Source: Pseudomonadota bacterium (GTDB taxonomy: Bacteria; Pseudomonadota; Gammaproteobacteria; Burkholderiales; Burkholderiaceae_D). Taken from it: a stretch of DNA of 64,000 nt. Numbering within the stretch: position 1 is the first letter of the stretch; every line of letters begins with the position of its first letter. The position numbers were made by a program, and so were the translations under genes. The stretch is taken from contig JAZKIN010000135.1 of NCBI GenBank assembly GCA_040384885.1, positions 16,070-80,069 on the forward strand, written 5' to 3'. This document shows, one piece after another, positions 39,653 to 51,060 of this stretch. Below the pieces are notes generated by a model. The model was not told the origin of the DNA. It did not search any database and was given only the letters and a program-made list of their open reading frames with translations.

Positions 39653-41188
39653 TTAGCCAAGGAACAGCTTGTAGACGGGGTTGGCGCTCTCGTCCCAATA
39701 GCGGTAGCCCAGCGTGGTCAGGAACAGGCGGAACGCCTCCATTTCTTCGGCCGGCACTTGCAGTCCGACCAGGATGCGGCCGACGTCGCCGCCCTGGTTG
39801 CGGTAATGGAACAGCGAGATGTTCCAGTTGGGCGCCATGCGGTCGAGGAAGCGCATCAGCGCGCCCGGCCGCTCCGGGAATTCGAAACGATACAGCAGCT
39901 CGTCGTGGGCGAGCGCGCTCTTGCCGCCGACCAAATGGCGGATGTGCAGCTTGGCCAGTTCGTCGTGGGTCAGGTCGAGCGTCTTGAAGTCGTGCGCCTC
40001 GAAATTGCGCGCGATCACGCCCGGCTCGTCGCGGCTCGCGATCTGCAGGCCGACGAACACATGGGCGGCCTTGGCGTCGCTGATGCGGTAGATGAATTCG
40101 GTCACATTGCGCGGGCCGACCAGCTGGCAAAAGCGCTTGAAGCTGCCGCGCTGCTCGGGGATCGTCACGGCGAACACGGCCTCGCGCGACTCGCCCAGTT
40201 CGGCGCGCTCGGCGACGAAGCGCAGGCGGTCGAAGTTCATGTTGGCGCCGCAGGCGATCGCGACGAGCGACTCGTTGTTGACCGGGTTCTTGGTCAGCGC
40301 GGCGCGCTCGATGTAGGCCTTGGCGCCGGCGATCGCCAGCGCGCCCGACGGCTCGAGGATGCTGCGCGTGTCCTGGAACACGTCCTTGATGGCGGCGCAG
40401 ATGGCGTCGGTGTCGACGATGATGATCTCGTCGACGTACATCTGGGCAAGGCGGAAGGTTTCCTCGCCGACCAGGCGGACCGCCGTGCCGTCGGCGAACA
40501 GGCCGACGTCGGGCAGGGTCACGCGCTGGCCCGCCTTGAGGCTGCGCGCCATCGCGTCGGAGTCGAGCGACTGCACGCCGATGATCTTGATGTCGGGACG
40601 GATCTGCTTGACGTAGGCGGCCACGCCACTGATCAGGCCGCCGCCGCCGATGGCCGCGAAAATGGCGTGGATCGGTCCCGAATGCTGGCGCAGGATCTCC
40701 ATGCCGATCGTGCCCTGGCCGGCGATCACGTCGGGGTCGTCGAACGGGTGCACGAAGGCGAGCTTTTGCTCTTTCTCGAGCGTGAGCGCATGGTTGTAGG
40801 CGTCGGTGTAGGACTCGCCGTGCAGGATCACCTCGACCGCGGCGCCGCCGCGCGCCTTGACCGCGTCGACCTTGACGCTCGGGGTGGTGGTCGGCATCAC
40901 GATCACGGCGCGGCAGCCGAGCTTGGCGGCCGACAAGGCCACGCCCTGCGCGTGGTTGCCGGCCGAGGCGCAGATCACGCCGCGCTTGAGCTGGGCCGGC
41001 GACAAATTCGCCATCTTGTTGTATGCGCCGCGCACCTTGAAGCTGAACACGCTTTGCATGTCCTCGCGCTTGAAGTAGATGCGGTTGCCGAAGCGCTCAG
41101 ACAGGGTCGGCGCGAGTTCGAGCGGGGTTTCGGAGGCAACGTCGTAGACGCGCGCGGTCAGGATTTTTTTTAAGTAGTCGGTGGTCAT
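39653..41188 (-). CDS. ilvA: Threonine ammonia-lyase, biosynthetic
   Basis: KREDMQSVFSFKVRGA, SAGNHAQG, GANMNFDRL and FEFPERPGAL motifs. Confidence 0.98.
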   Translation of the reverse strand: MTTDYLKKILTARVYDVASETPLELAPTLSERFGNRIYFKREDMQSVFSFKVRGAYNKMANLSPAQLKRGVICASAGNHAQGVALSAAKLGCRAVIVMPTTTPSVKVDAVKARGGAAVEVILHGESYTDAYNHALTLEKEQKLAFVHPFDDPDVIAGQGTIGMEILRQHSGPIHAIFAAIGGGGLISGVAAYVKQIRPDIKIIGVQSLDSDAMARSLKAGQRVTLPDVGLFADGTAVRLVGEETFRLAQMYVDEIIIVDTDAICAAIKDVFQDTRSILEPSGALAIAGAKAYIERAALTKNPVNNESLVAIACGANMNFDRLRFVAERAELGESREAVFAVTIPEQRGSFKRFCQLVGPRNVTEFIYRISDAKAAHVFVGLQIASRDEPGVIARNFEAHDFKTLDLTHDELAKLHIRHLVGGKSALAHDELLYRFEFPERPGALMRFLDRMAPNWNISLFHYRNQGGDVGRILVGLQVPAEEMEAFRLFLTTLGYRYWDESANPVYKLFLG

Positions 41189-41381
41189 GGTCTGCAAACA
41201 AAATGATTCTGAACCGGTTTATCCGGACGTGTTGAATGGGTGACGCTGACTGTCCTGATCGGCGGTTTGCCGAGGCGTGCAGTGCGGCGCGGCGGGCGCG
41301 GGTGGCGGGCTCGACGCACCGTGTCGGTGCAATTGCTTTGCCTAATTATAATGGAGGTCCCACCAGCCCATCATAAGTGCC

Positions 41382-41873
41382 ATGATCGAAACCGCCGTGC
41401 TCTGGCTGCTCAAGAAATTATCCGCGCCTGCGGTGGGCCTCAGTTCGGTGTTCGTGGTCAGCTTCGTCGCGGCAACGTTGCTGCCGATGGGCTCGGAGCC
41501 GGCCGTGTTCGCGGTGGTCAAGGCCAACGGCGCCATGTTCTGGCCCGCGATCCTGGTCGCCACGCTCGGCAACACGCTCGGCGGCGCGCTCGATTACCTG
41601 ATCGGCTACCGTGCCAAGCTCGCGTTCGCCAAGGAGCGCCAGACGCGCTGGTTCGGTTGGCTCGCGCGGCACGGCGCCAAGACCATGCTGCTGTCGTGGG
41701 TGCCCGCCATCGGCGACCCGCTGTGCACGCTGGGCGGCTGGCTGCACCTGCCGTTCTGGCCCAGCGTCGGCTACATGGCGGTCGGAAAGTTCCTGCGCTA
41801 TGTGACGTTGACGCTCGCGCTGCTGTATGTGCCCGACGATTTCTGGAAATGGTTGGGGCAGCTGCTGGTGTGA
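41382..41873 (+). CDS. YqaA family membrane protein
   Basis: SFVAATLLPMGSE, GNTLGG and GDPLC..GW motifs. Confidence 0.9.
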   Translation: MIETAVLWLLKKLSAPAVGLSSVFVVSFVAATLLPMGSEPAVFAVVKANGAMFWPAILVATLGNTLGGALDYLIGYRAKLAFAKERQTRWFGWLARHGAKTMLLSWVPAIGDPLCTLGGWLHLPFWPSVGYMAVGKFLRYVTLTLALLYVPDDFWKWLGQLLV

Positions 41874-42085
41874 ACTGTTCGGCGTTGCGGTCATGGCGGC
41901 GAATAATTCATTAGTTGTCTATACAATTTTCTCCTATAAATTTTGTGAAAATGGCATTTTGGCATCGATAACACGGTGCGCCCGGCCGGGGATGCCCTTA
42001 GGAATGCGAGGGCTGTTCCGGCATTGTGCATCGCAATACGCTAAAATGACCCTCCCTAGGGTCAGTCTGAACGGTCACACATCAC

Positions 42086-45000
42086 ATGAACGCCCCCGTA
42101 CACCTCCAAGCATTGCTCGCTGAAACGCCCATCGGTCCCGTGCCGACGCGGCTGCGCGAAATCCCGTACAACTACACCTCTTTTTCGGACCGCGAAATCG
42201 TGATCCGGCTGCTGGGCGAGTCGTCGTGGAAACTGCTCGACGAGCTGCGCGGCGCGCGCCAGACCGGCCGTTCGGCACGCATGCTGTACGAGGTGCTCGG
42301 CGACATCTGGGTGGTGCGGCGCAACCCCTACCTGCAAGACGACATGCTCGACAATCCGAAGCGGCGCCAGGAACTCATCGACGCGCTGCACCACCGCCTC
42401 GCCGAGGTCGATAAGCGGCGCCAGGCGGTCGACGCCGACGACACCGACCCCGCGCTGGCCAAGCGGCGCAGCGACAGCGTCGAGCAGTTGCTCAAGGCGG
42501 CCGGCCGCGCAGTCGAGGACTTCGGCAACGAGTTCCGCCAGACCTACGACCTGCGCAAGCGCACCACCAAGGTGCTCGGCCGCTACACCGAAAAACACAA
42601 TATCTGCTTCGACGGCATGAAGCGCGTGGCCCACGTGACCGACGCCACCGACTGGCGCGTCGAGTACCCGTTCGTCGTGCTCACGCCCGACACCGAGGAC
42701 GAGATGGCCGGCCTCGTCAAGGGCTGCATCGAACTGGGGCTGACCATCATCCCGCGCGGCGGCGGCACCGGCTACACGGGCGGCGCGATCCCGCTCACGC
42801 CGCTGTCGGCCGTCATCAACACCGAAAAACTGATCACGCTCGGCGAGGTCGAAATGACGATGCTGCCCGGCGTCGAGCGCGAATACGCGACCATCGTCTC
42901 GGGCGCCGGCGTGGTCACCAAGCGCGTCTCCGACGCGGCCGAAAAGGCCGGCTTCGTGTTCGCGGTCGACCCGACCTCGGCCGAGGCATCCTGCATCGGC
43001 GGCAACATCGCGATGAACGCGGGCGGCAAGAAGGCCGTGCTGTGGGGTACCGCGCTCGACAACCTGGCCTCGTGGCGCATGGTCGACCCGAACGGCGACT
43101 GGCTCGAGGTCACGCGCCTCGAACACAACCTGGGCAAGATCCACGACGCCCCGGTCGCCAAGTTCAAGCTCGAATGGACCCATCCGTCGGCCAAGGGCGA
43201 GCGCAAGGGCGCGCCGTTCAAGACCGAGGAACTGGTGATCCAGGGCAGCAAGTTCCGCAAGGAAGGCCTGGGCAAGGACGTCACCGACAAGTTCCTGTCG
43301 GGCCTGCCGGGCATCCAGAAGGAGGGCTGCGACGGCCTCATCACGTCGGGCCGCTGGATCCTGCACAAGATGCCAAAATTCGCGCGCACCGTCTGCCTCG
43401 AGTTCTTCGGCCAGGCGCGCGACGCGATTCCGTCTATCGTCGAAATCAAGGATTACCTCGACGGCCTGCCGGCCAAGGGCGGCGCGCAATTCGCGACGAT
43501 CCGGCTCGCCGGCCTCGAGCATCTGGACGAGCGCTACCTGCGCGCGGTCGGCTACGCGACCAAATCGAAGCGCGGCGTGCTGCCAAAGATGGCGCTGTTC
43601 GGCGACATCGTCGGCGACGACGAGAACGCGGTCGCGCAGGCCGCCTCCGAGGTGGTGCGCATCGCCAACACGCGCGTCGGCGAGGGATTTGTGGCCGTCA
43701 GCCCCGAGGCGCGCAAGAAATTCTGGCTCGACCGCGCGCGCACCGCCGCGATCGCCAAGCACACCAACGCGTTCAAAATCAACGAGGACGTCGTCATTCC
43801 CCTGAACCGCATGGGCGAGTACACCGACGGCATCGAGCGCATCAACATCGAACTGTCGATTCGCAACAAGCTCAAACTGGTCGAGCAGTTGCGTACCTTT
43901 TTTGCGGGCGGCCATCTGCCGGTCGGCAAGAACGAGGACCTCGAAGAAGTCGGCGACGCCGAGATGCTGGGCGACCGCGCGCAGCAGGCCGACGAGGTGC
44001 TGGCGCAGGCCGGCGCGCGCTGGTCCTTCATCCTTGCCGAACTCGACCAGCCGTTGGCGAGCGCGCGCGACACCCTGTACGCGCTCGGCCTCGACCGCCT
44101 CGCCGTCGTGTTCGACGCGCGCCTGGCCGAGCAGCCCGACGCCACCCTGTTCGACGTGCTGCAGGACCGCACCGTGCGCGTGAGCTGGAAGCAGGAGATC
44201 CGCGCCCAGTTGCGCCAGATCTTCAACGGCGGCGCGTTCAAGCCTATCCTCGACGAAACCACCGCGATCCACGCGCGCGTGCTGCGTTCGCGCGTGTTCG
44301 TGGCGCTGCACATGCACGCCGGCGACGGCAATGTGCACACCAATTTGCCGGTCAACTCCGACGACTACGAAATGCTGCAGGACGCGCACGGCGCGGTCGA
44401 GCGCATCATGAAACTGGCGCGCTCGCTCGACGGCGTGATCTCGGGCGAACACGGCATCGGCATCACCAAGCTCGAGTTCCTGACCGAGGACGAGATCGGC
44501 GAGTTCCGCGACTACAAACTGCGCATCGACCCCGAAGGGCGCTTCAACAAGGGCAAGCTGCTCAACCTCGAGGGCCTCGGGGCCGATTTGCGCAACGCCT
44601 ACACGCCGTCGTTCGGCCTGATGGGCCACGAGTCGCTGATCATGCAGCAAAGCGACATCGGCGAGATCGCCAACAGCATCAAGGACTGCCTGCGCTGCGG
44701 CAAGTGCAAACCCGTGTGCGCGACCCACGTGCCGCGCGCCAACCTGCTGTACTCGCCGCGCGACAAGATCCTCGCGACGTCCTCGCTGATCGAAGCCTTC
44801 CTGTACGAGGAGCAAACCCGGCGCGGCGTCTCGATCAAGCACTGGGAGGAGTTCGAGGACGTGGCCGACCATTGCACCGTGTGCCACAAGTGCTTCACCC
44901 CATGCCCGGTCAACATCGACTTCGGCAACGTGTCGATGAACATGCGCAACCTGTTGCGCAAGATGGACAAGAAGAGCTTCAAGCCCGCGCTCGCGAGCAC

Positions 45001-46099
45001 GATGTTCTTCCTCAACGCGACCGACCCGACCACGATCAACGCGGCGCGCAAGGTCATGTTCGACTGGGGCTTCCAGGCCCAGCGCCTGGGTAACCGCGTG
45101 CTCAAAAAGTTTGCAAAGAAGCAGACCAAGGCGCCGCTGCCGAGCACGGGCAAGGCGCCCGTGCGCGAGCAGGTGATCCACTTCATCAATAAAAAAATGC
45201 CGGGCAACCTGCCGAAGAAGACCGCGCGCGCGCTGCTCGACATCGAGGACGACAAGATCATCCCGATCATCCGCAACCCCAAGGCGACCACGGCCGACAC
45301 CGAAGCCGTGTTCTACTTCCCCGGCTGCGGCTCGGAGCGTTTGTTCTCGCAAGTGGGCCTGGCGACCCAGGCGATGTTGTGGGAAGTCGGCGTGCAAACG
45401 GTGCTGCCGCCGGGCTACCTGTGCTGCGGCTACCCGCAACGCGGCAACGGCGAATTCGACAAAGCCGAAAAGATGATGACGGATAACCGCGTGCTGTTCC
45501 ACCGCATGGCCAACACGCTCAACTATCTCGACATCAAGACCGTGCTCGTGTCGTGCGGCACCTGCTACGACCAACTCGCGACCTACGAGTTCGACAAGAT
45601 ATTCCCGGGCTGCCGCATCATGGACATCCACGAATACCTGCTCGAGAAGGGCGTCAAGCTCGAAGGCGTCAGCGGCACGCGCTATATGTACCACGAGCCA
45701 TGCCACAATCCGATGAAGCTGCAGGATTCGGGCAAGACCATCAACGCGCTGATCTCCACGTTCGACAACGTCAAGATCGAAAAGAACGAGCGCTGCTGCG
45801 GCGACGCCGGCACGCTGGCGGCCTCGCGTCCCGACATCTCGACCCAGGTACGTTTCCGCAAAGAAGAAGAGATGATCAAGGGCGCCAACAAGCTGCGCGC
45901 CGATGGTTTCGACGGCGACGTCAAGATCCTCACGAGCTGCCCGGCCTGCCTGGGCGGCGTGTCGCGCTACAGCGAGGACGCGGGCACCACGGCCGACTAC
46001 ATCGTGATCGAGATCGCGCGCCACCTGCTGGGCGAGAACTGGCTGCCCGAGTACGTCGCGCGCGCCAACAGCGGCGGCATCGAACGGGTGCTGGTGTGA
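42086..46099 (+). CDS. FAD-binding and Fe-S oxidoreductase (DUF3683/GlcD-like with CCG domains)
   Basis: [42 protein letters not shown] and two CCG motifs. Confidence 0.93.
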   Translation: MNAPVHLQALLAETPIGPVPTRLREIPYNYTSFSDREIVIRLLGESSWKLLDELRGARQTGRSARMLYEVLGDIWVVRRNPYLQDDMLDNPKRRQELIDALHHRLAEVDKRRQAVDADDTDPALAKRRSDSVEQLLKAAGRAVEDFGNEFRQTYDLRKRTTKVLGRYTEKHNICFDGMKRVAHVTDATDWRVEYPFVVLTPDTEDEMAGLVKGCIELGLTIIPRGGGTGYTGGAIPLTPLSAVINTEKLITLGEVEMTMLPGVEREYATIVSGAGVVTKRVSDAAEKAGFVFAVDPTSAEASCIGGNIAMNAGGKKAVLWGTALDNLASWRMVDPNGDWLEVTRLEHNLGKIHDAPVAKFKLEWTHPSAKGERKGAPFKTEELVIQGSKFRKEGLGKDVTDKFLSGLPGIQKEGCDGLITSGRWILHKMPKFARTVCLEFFGQARDAIPSIVEIKDYLDGLPAKGGAQFATIRLAGLEHLDERYLRAVGYATKSKRGVLPKMALFGDIVGDDENAVAQAASEVVRIANTRVGEGFVAVSPEARKKFWLDRARTAAIAKHTNAFKINEDVVIPLNRMGEYTDGIERINIELSIRNKLKLVEQLRTFFAGGHLPVGKNEDLEEVGDAEMLGDRAQQADEVLAQAGARWSFILAELDQPLASARDTLYALGLDRLAVVFDARLAEQPDATLFDVLQDRTVRVSWKQEIRAQLRQIFNGGAFKPILDETTAIHARVLRSRVFVALHMHAGDGNVHTNLPVNSDDYEMLQDAHGAVERIMKLARSLDGVISGEHGIGITKLEFLTEDEIGEFRDYKLRIDPEGRFNKGKLLNLEGLGADLRNAYTPSFGLMGHESLIMQQSDIGEIANSIKDCLRCGKCKPVCATHVPRANLLYSPRDKILATSSLIEAFLYEEQTRRGVSIKHWEEFEDVADHCTVCHKCFTPCPVNIDFGNVSMNMRNLLRKMDKKSFKPALASTMFFLNATDPTTINAARKVMFDWGFQAQRLGNRVLKKFAKKQTKAPLPSTGKAPVREQVIHFINKKMPGNLPKKTARALLDIEDDKIIPIIRNPKATTADTEAVFYFPGCGSERLFSQVGLATQAMLWEVGVQTVLPPGYLCCGYPQRGNGEFDKAEKMMTDNRVLFHRMANTLNYLDIKTVLVSCGTCYDQLATYEFDKIFPGCRIMDIHEYLLEKGVKLEGVSGTRYMYHEPCHNPMKLQDSGKTINALISTFDNVKIEKNERCCGDAGTLAASRPDISTQVRFRKEEEMIKGANKLRADGFDGDVKILTSCPACLGGVSRYSEDAGTTADYIVIEIARHLLGENWLPEYVARANSGGIERVLV

Positions 46100-46530
46100 G
46101 CGCGCCCGCCTGCGAGTTGTGTACGCTGGCCGTCGAACCGGTATTCCGCAACGATAAGTTATCGGTGATCCTCGTCGACGACGCGGCGTATCCGGGCTTT
46201 GCGCGGGTCGTCTGGAACGCCCACGTCAAGGAGGTGTCCGACCTCGCCGCCGCCGACCGGCTGTTGCTCAACGACGCCGTGTGGCGCGTCGAGATGGCAC
46301 TGCGCGAAGTCATGCTGCCCGACAAAATCAACGTGGCGAGCCTTGGCAATATGACGCCGCATTTGCACTGGCATGTGATCCCGCGGTTTGCCGACGACGC
46401 CCATTTCCCCCAGCCCGTGTGGGCCGCAGCCGTGCGCACGACCGACGCGCCGGTGCTGGCCGCGCGCCGCGCGCTGCTGGGGCAACTCAGCGCCGCGATC
46501 GTGCGCCGCATGAACCAAGAAAATACCTGA
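46096..46530 (+). CDS. HIT family protein
   Basis: GTGA overlap, CELC and [21 protein letters not shown] motifs. Confidence 0.92.
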   Translation: MSAPACELCTLAVEPVFRNDKLSVILVDDAAYPGFARVVWNAHVKEVSDLAAADRLLLNDAVWRVEMALREVMLPDKINVASLGNMTPHLHWHVIPRFADDAHFPQPVWAAAVRTTDAPVLAARRALLGQLSAAIVRRMNQENT

Positions 46531-46531
46531 C

Positions 46532-46960
46532 ATGAGTAATTCACCGAACCCGACCGCGCTGACGGTGCACCAGAAATCGCGCATGCTCGACATCGCCTTC
46601 GACGACGGGGCGGCGTTCTCGCTGCCGTTCGAGTTGCTGCGCGTGTACTCGCCCTCGGCCGAAGTGCGCGGGCATGGGCAGGGCCAGGAAGTGCTGCAAG
46701 TTGGCAAGCGCGACGTCGGCATCAGCGCGCTCGATCCCGTTGGCAACTACGCGGTGCAGCCGAGCTTTACCGACGGGCACAACACGGGTTTGTTCACCTG
46801 GGATTATCTGTACAAACTAGGCAGTGAGCAGGATGCGATGTGGCAGGATTATCTGGCGCGTTTGCACGCCGCCGGTTTCGCAGGCGAGACGGGCCGCGCG
46901 CCCGGAGCGATGCTTGCAACCAAGGCGCCGACCGGCGCAGGCTGCGGCCACAAGCACTAA
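46532..46960 (+). CDS. DUF971 / gamma-butyrobetaine hydroxylase-like N-terminal domain protein
   Basis: ELLRVYSPSAEVRGH, VGNYAV and DGHNTGLFTWDYL motifs. Confidence 0.92.
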   Translation: MSNSPNPTALTVHQKSRMLDIAFDDGAAFSLPFELLRVYSPSAEVRGHGQGQEVLQVGKRDVGISALDPVGNYAVQPSFTDGHNTGLFTWDYLYKLGSEQDAMWQDYLARLHAAGFAGETGRAPGAMLATKAPTGAGCGHKH

Positions 46961-47009
46961 GCCCGTCGTGCTCGGTCTCTAGTTAGAACCTCATACCCAA
47001 AAAAAACAC

Positions 47010-47094
47010 ACATCGTCCTCGCGCATGCGGGGACCCATAGAACATTAGCTCTGAGCAAACGTTCTATGGGTCCCCGCATGCGCGAGGACGATGT
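47010..47094. repeat. REP-doublet hairpin, copy 2
   Basis: Perfect 34-bp inverted repeat ACATCGTCCTCGCGCATGCGGGGACCCATAGAAC (47010-47043) / 47061-47094. Confidence 0.9.
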
Positions 47095-47155
47095 TGGTTT
47101 TTGATATTTAATTTGTAAATTTGCGTATCGTGCGCAACATCTATTCGTAATCATG

Positions 47156-47189
47156 TGCGGCCTGGCTCAAGCCACTGAGCCAGGCCGCA
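47156..47189. terminator. Strong hairpin downstream of the glycoside hydrolase gene
   Basis: TGCGGCCTGGCTCA-AGCCAC-TGAGCCAGGCCGCA, a 14-bp stem without a clear U-tract. Confidence 0.5.
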
Positions 47190-47250
47190 TCACGGTGGAC
47201 GGTCGATCCCGACCACAGCTAGGCTGCCCTACAAGAACGCGCCCATTTAG

Positions 47251-50200
47251 TTACCATCCCACAACCGTGAAGTTCGGCGAGTTGTTCTTCAGATTTCCGA
47301 GCGGTGCGCCAGTTACCGCGGTGTTGGAAAAGGTCGCCGTCCCCGCTGCGGACGCGCGAACCTCCACGCCGTAGGTACCGGCGTTGGTGATCTGGTTTCC
47401 CGAGAAAATCATGGCGGCGCCGGTCGAAGGCTCCTCGATAAAGATGCCCGAGTAGGTGCTGTCTTGAATCTGGTTGTTCGACACGGTGATCGTCGGATTA
47501 TTCAAAAGTCCCGAGCTGTTGAGCCAAAGCCCCCAGATGGCGCCGACGTTGTACATGTAGTCGTGGTGGTAGGAACCGGTTCGGATCAGCATGTTTCCGG
47601 TGATGTTCAGGGTGCCGGTCAAGGAAGGCGGATTGAAATTGGTGCCAAACGAAATTCCGGCCCCGTTGTCGATGGTGTCAACGATCAGGTTCGACTTCAC
47701 CGTATTGTCCTTTCCCCCATAAATGGCAATGCCGTTGGCCAAGCCAGGCAGCTGAACAGTGTTGAACTCGAAGGTGTTGCCGGTATTGAGAAAGGTGTCC
47801 GACCACATCGCCATGCCGTCGTCGCCCGTATTGCGGATGCTGTTGTTCGATACCACGCTGTTGCTGGTGCCATAGTGGAGATTCAATCCGTCGGCCCAGA
47901 TGTTACGGAATCGGTTTCCGGTGATCGTGGCGTTGTTGACAATTCCGGCCTGGCTGAAGGACTGGGTCGCCCACACTCCCACCTTGGCGTGCTCGATCCA
48001 GACGTTGCGCACCGTCGAGTTGCTCAGGTTCCCCTCAATGCCCGAGACGCCGTTGGCATCGTCGCGGATAAGGTCGTAAGAGTTGATCTTCAGGTCGGCG
48101 ATGGTCACGTTGCCACCTTTGGTGTAGATACCGGCGAAGGCACCTTCAAGAACGCTCCACCAGATGCCGGAGCCTTTGAGGGAAACGCCTGAATCGAGAT
48201 AGATCCGGGTGCCTTGTCCGTTGTAGCCCGGCCCTGGCGAACCAGTATTGAAGTGAAAGGTGCCGACTGGAATCCACACGCCGGCCGAGGCGCCTCCGGA
48301 TGCCTTGACCGCGGCAATGGCGTTGTTCAAGGCAGTGGTATCGTCGGCTCCGTCGTTGGCAACCGCGCCGAACTCTGCGATCGAACGGTAGTTGGACGGC
48401 TTGATCAAGGCGTCAGGAATCGGCTCGGCTTCAAGGAAGTCCACGGTGATGGTTTGGGTCGACCCGAAGTTAAGGTTCGCGGACTCGCGCACCAGCTTGA
48501 TCGTGGTGCCGGCCGGGTAGCTAGCGTCGAGAATAAGCGCGGCTTCGTCGAAGAAACGATGCGGATTGGCGGGCGTGGCGGCCGGATTTCTGGACCAACG
48601 TTTCTCGCCGCCCTCGGTGCCCCACAAGCCGTAGAGCCAGCTGTATTTGTTCGTCAAGACCAGATCTTGTTTCTTTACGTTGTTGACGTAAACACTGAGG
48701 CCCGCATTGTAGGCGGCGCCATTGGCGGTGTTCGGGATGGAGTAGCGAACCACCAACCCGCGCGCAGCCGAGGTTAGGTTGAACTGAACATACTGGCCCA
48801 CCGCCGACAGTTGAACTGCCGAGCGGCCCGTCGCCTCGGATGACAAAGTGCCCCAGGTCCGGCTGCCGGAGATCAGCGCGCCCGTGTAGGTCGCCGCTTC
48901 GGCTTCGTAGCTCGTGTACGGCAGGGAGGCGCCGAAACTCGCATTGCTCAGTATCTTGCTGAACGTATTGTTCGCCGCGTTGCTCTCCACGATCAGATTC
49001 TGCTCATTGACGGTGGCGGTGATCACCTGGCTGGCCGCAGCCATGGCCCATGTCGCGCCACCGGCGCCGGCATTGGCGGTGAGCGTGACCGAGGCGCCGG
49101 GAGCGAGGGCGCTGGTGTTTTGATCGGACCACGTCACGGTATTGCCATCGACGGCGAACGATACCTTGTGCGAGATGCCGGCCGGGGTCGCGCCATCGCC
49201 TTGATTCTTGACGGTGGCGCTAAAGGTCACCGCTTGTCCCAGCGTTGGTTTGGCCGGACTCCACACAATGTCGGTCACCACCAGATCGGGTTTTGCAACC
49301 GGCTTCGGAGGAACCGGACCGATGTATTCAAAGGCCCATTGCGGGCTGCCCCAGGTAGGCGTGATGCCATAGCATTGGGCGAATCCCTTCAAGCCTTCCA
49401 TCGTCACGTACCACGAAGGCTGGGCGACGCTCCCAATGGTGTAATACCCGGAATTCGATCCGCCGGCCACTGTCCACAAGGCGCTGTTCGAGCCAGCGTT
49501 ATAAGCCGTCGTCAACGAATCGGCCGAGCTTGAAACGCCCGCGAGCGTGATCGAATTGCCGGTCTCGGCGTTCCACATGAGCTTTTTGCCGCCCTGGTCC
49601 ACCAGCGCCCATTGGGAAGAAAGGGAGCTTGCCGCCGGGCTGCCGTACATGACCTTGCCGTTCGCTTCGTACAGGTACTGGGTGGTCTGCCAAAAATTTC
49701 GGATCCTGTACAGGCCATTTGCCAGGGCGGCAGGCGGCGGCGGGGCGGCCACCGCCATCGTCGCGGTCAGCGAGTTGTTGGTGGTATTGTTTTCGGAGAT
49801 AAGTTGTTGGTCGTTGACGGACGCCTTAATGGTGTGCGCGCCGGCGGTGCTCGGCGTTGCGGTCCACGTTGCCTTGGCGGCGCTGCCTGCATTGGCCGTG
49901 ACGACAGTCACGGCGCCGGCCGGCAGCGAGGAAGTGAAGGTGTCGGACCAGTTGACCTGTGTTCCATTGACAAAGAAAGCCACGCCAAGCTTGGTGCCCG
50001 CGGGCGTGGCCACGGTACCCTGATTGCGGACTGTGGCGCTGAATGTGACCTCGTTGCCACCGATGGGATTGGTCGGCGTCCAGCTGAGGCTGGTGACGAT
50101 CAGGTCGGGCAGCACGGGCGGCGGTGTGACGCTGCCGCCGCCCGAATAGATTTCCATTTCAGCCACTTGGCCCGCCGGTGCGCCGCTGTTGGCCGCAAAA

Positions 50201-51060
50201 CTGAGCCGGACATAGCGGGCCGAGGCCGTGCCAAGATTGACGGAGACCGCGTTAGCAGTGGCCGGGGCGAAAGCATAGCTTGCCGAAGCGGCCAGTGTGG
50301 ACCAGTTCGTGTTGTCTGTGCTTCCCAAGACGGCGAAGGTCTGGCTCCGGCTGCCCCAGTTCGAAGGGAGCTTGACGACGACCTGGCCGATCGACATGGT
50401 CGAGCCCAGGTTCACCGTCACGGTATTCGGAAAGGCGTTGGAGACGCCCTCCCAGTAGGTGCCCGTGTTGCCGTCGTTGACGTTCGCGGGGCCGTAGTTG
50501 GCACTGCCGTTGCTGCCGTTTGCCGCGACTGTTTTTCCAATTGCCAAGTTGACGCCGGCACTTGCGGTCACCGAGAGCTTGTCCAGATTGACGTTGCCGT
50601 TGTCGCTCAAGTCGTACTTGTATGCAATCGTGTTGTTGCCGGACACGAGTGTCACCGTTTCAGCCTGCGTACCCCAGGTGTCCCAATTGGCCGTTGCGGA
50701 CAAGCTGGTTTGCTTGAGTTTGGCGCCATTGATGTACAGGCTTAAGCTCCTGCCAACGCCGGTGCCATTCGCGTACCGAAGCGCCACAGTGTAGGCTCCG
50801 GCGCTTGGCGCGTTCACTTGAAAGGATGCTTGGGAAAGGCCTTTGTTGGCGTCGGTGAAGCCGCCCGCGAAGCCGGTCCCTGAATATCCGGTGTGGTCGC
50901 TGGCGGTGCCGGCGCCGCCCGTCAGTGCGGCCGATTCCGCCTCGTAGTCGACGGCCGCCATGGCAGAAGCGGGCCAGAGCAGTTGGGTGAATAACAGTAG
51001 TAGCAAGCACAGCATGGCCACTGGATTTTTTTTGTACGAGTATGAGGTTCTATATAACAA
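47251..51060 (-). CDS. Secreted multidomain GH87-like alpha-1,3-glucanase/mycodextranase (CBM6/35, F5/8C, CARDB, beta-trefoil, CARDB, beta-helix catalytic domain)
   Basis: Signal peptide ending ASAMA. YEAE CBM starts, DGNTGTYW discoidin, two PDL.VT CARDB repeats. Catalytic motifs RYSIPN, YSWLYG, HRFFDE, VWIEHAKVG, ADGLNLH, RNTGDDGMAMWS and LANGIAIYGG. Confidence 0.85.
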   Translation of the reverse strand: MLYRTSYSYKKNPVAMLCLLLLLFTQLLWPASAMAAVDYEAESAALTGGAGTASDHTGYSGTGFAGGFTDANKGLSQASFQVNAPSAGAYTVALRYANGTGVGRSLSLYINGAKLKQTSLSATANWDTWGTQAETVTLVSGNNTIAYKYDLSDNGNVNLDKLSVTASAGVNLAIGKTVAANGSNGSANYGPANVNDGNTGTYWEGVSNAFPNTVTVNLGSTMSIGQVVVKLPSNWGSRSQTFAVLGSTDNTNWSTLAASASYAFAPATANAVSVNLGTASARYVRLSFAANSGAPAGQVAEMEIYSGGGSVTPPPVLPDLIVTSLSWTPTNPIGGNEVTFSATVRNQGTVATPAGTKLGVAFFVNGTQVNWSDTFTSSLPAGAVTVVTANAGSAAKATWTATPSTAGAHTIKASVNDQQLISENNTTNNSLTATMAVAAPPPPAALANGLYRIRNFWQTTQYLYEANGKVMYGSPAASSLSSQWALVDQGGKKLMWNAETGNSITLAGVSSSADSLTTAYNAGSNSALWTVAGGSNSGYYTIGSVAQPSWYVTMEGLKGFAQCYGITPTWGSPQWAFEYIGPVPPKPVAKPDLVVTDIVWSPAKPTLGQAVTFSATVKNQGDGATPAGISHKVSFAVDGNTVTWSDQNTSALAPGASVTLTANAGAGGATWAMAAASQVITATVNEQNLIVESNAANNTFSKILSNASFGASLPYTSYEAEAATYTGALISGSRTWGTLSSEATGRSAVQLSAVGQYVQFNLTSAARGLVVRYSIPNTANGAAYNAGLSVYVNNVKKQDLVLTNKYSWLYGLWGTEGGEKRWSRNPAATPANPHRFFDEAALILDASYPAGTTIKLVRESANLNFGSTQTITVDFLEAEPIPDALIKPSNYRSIAEFGAVANDGADDTTALNNAIAAVKASGGASAGVWIPVGTFHFNTGSPGPGYNGQGTRIYLDSGVSLKGSGIWWSVLEGAFAGIYTKGGNVTIADLKINSYDLIRDDANGVSGIEGNLSNSTVRNVWIEHAKVGVWATQSFSQAGIVNNATITGNRFRNIWADGLNLHYGTSNSVVSNNSIRNTGDDGMAMWSDTFLNTGNTFEFNTVQLPGLANGIAIYGGKDNTVKSNLIVDTIDNGAGISFGTNFNPPSLTGTLNITGNMLIRTGSYHHDYMYNVGAIWGLWLNSSGLLNNPTITVSNNQIQDSTYSGIFIEEPSTGAAMIFSGNQITNAGTYGVEVRASAAGTATFSNTAVTGAPLGNLKNNSPNFTVVGW

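Noticed and set aside
42058-42075. GGGTCAGTC as another copy of the junction motif
   Set aside because: Only 8 bases match, the CATTCAGACA half is missing, and it lies in a core-gene promoter region.
42062-46024. 1320-aa antisense ORF, and similar long antisense or off-frame ORFs (52002-54776, 38792-41173, 24631-26583, 57908-59722)
   Set aside because: These are shadows of real high-GC genes on the opposite strand, with no recognisable motifs.
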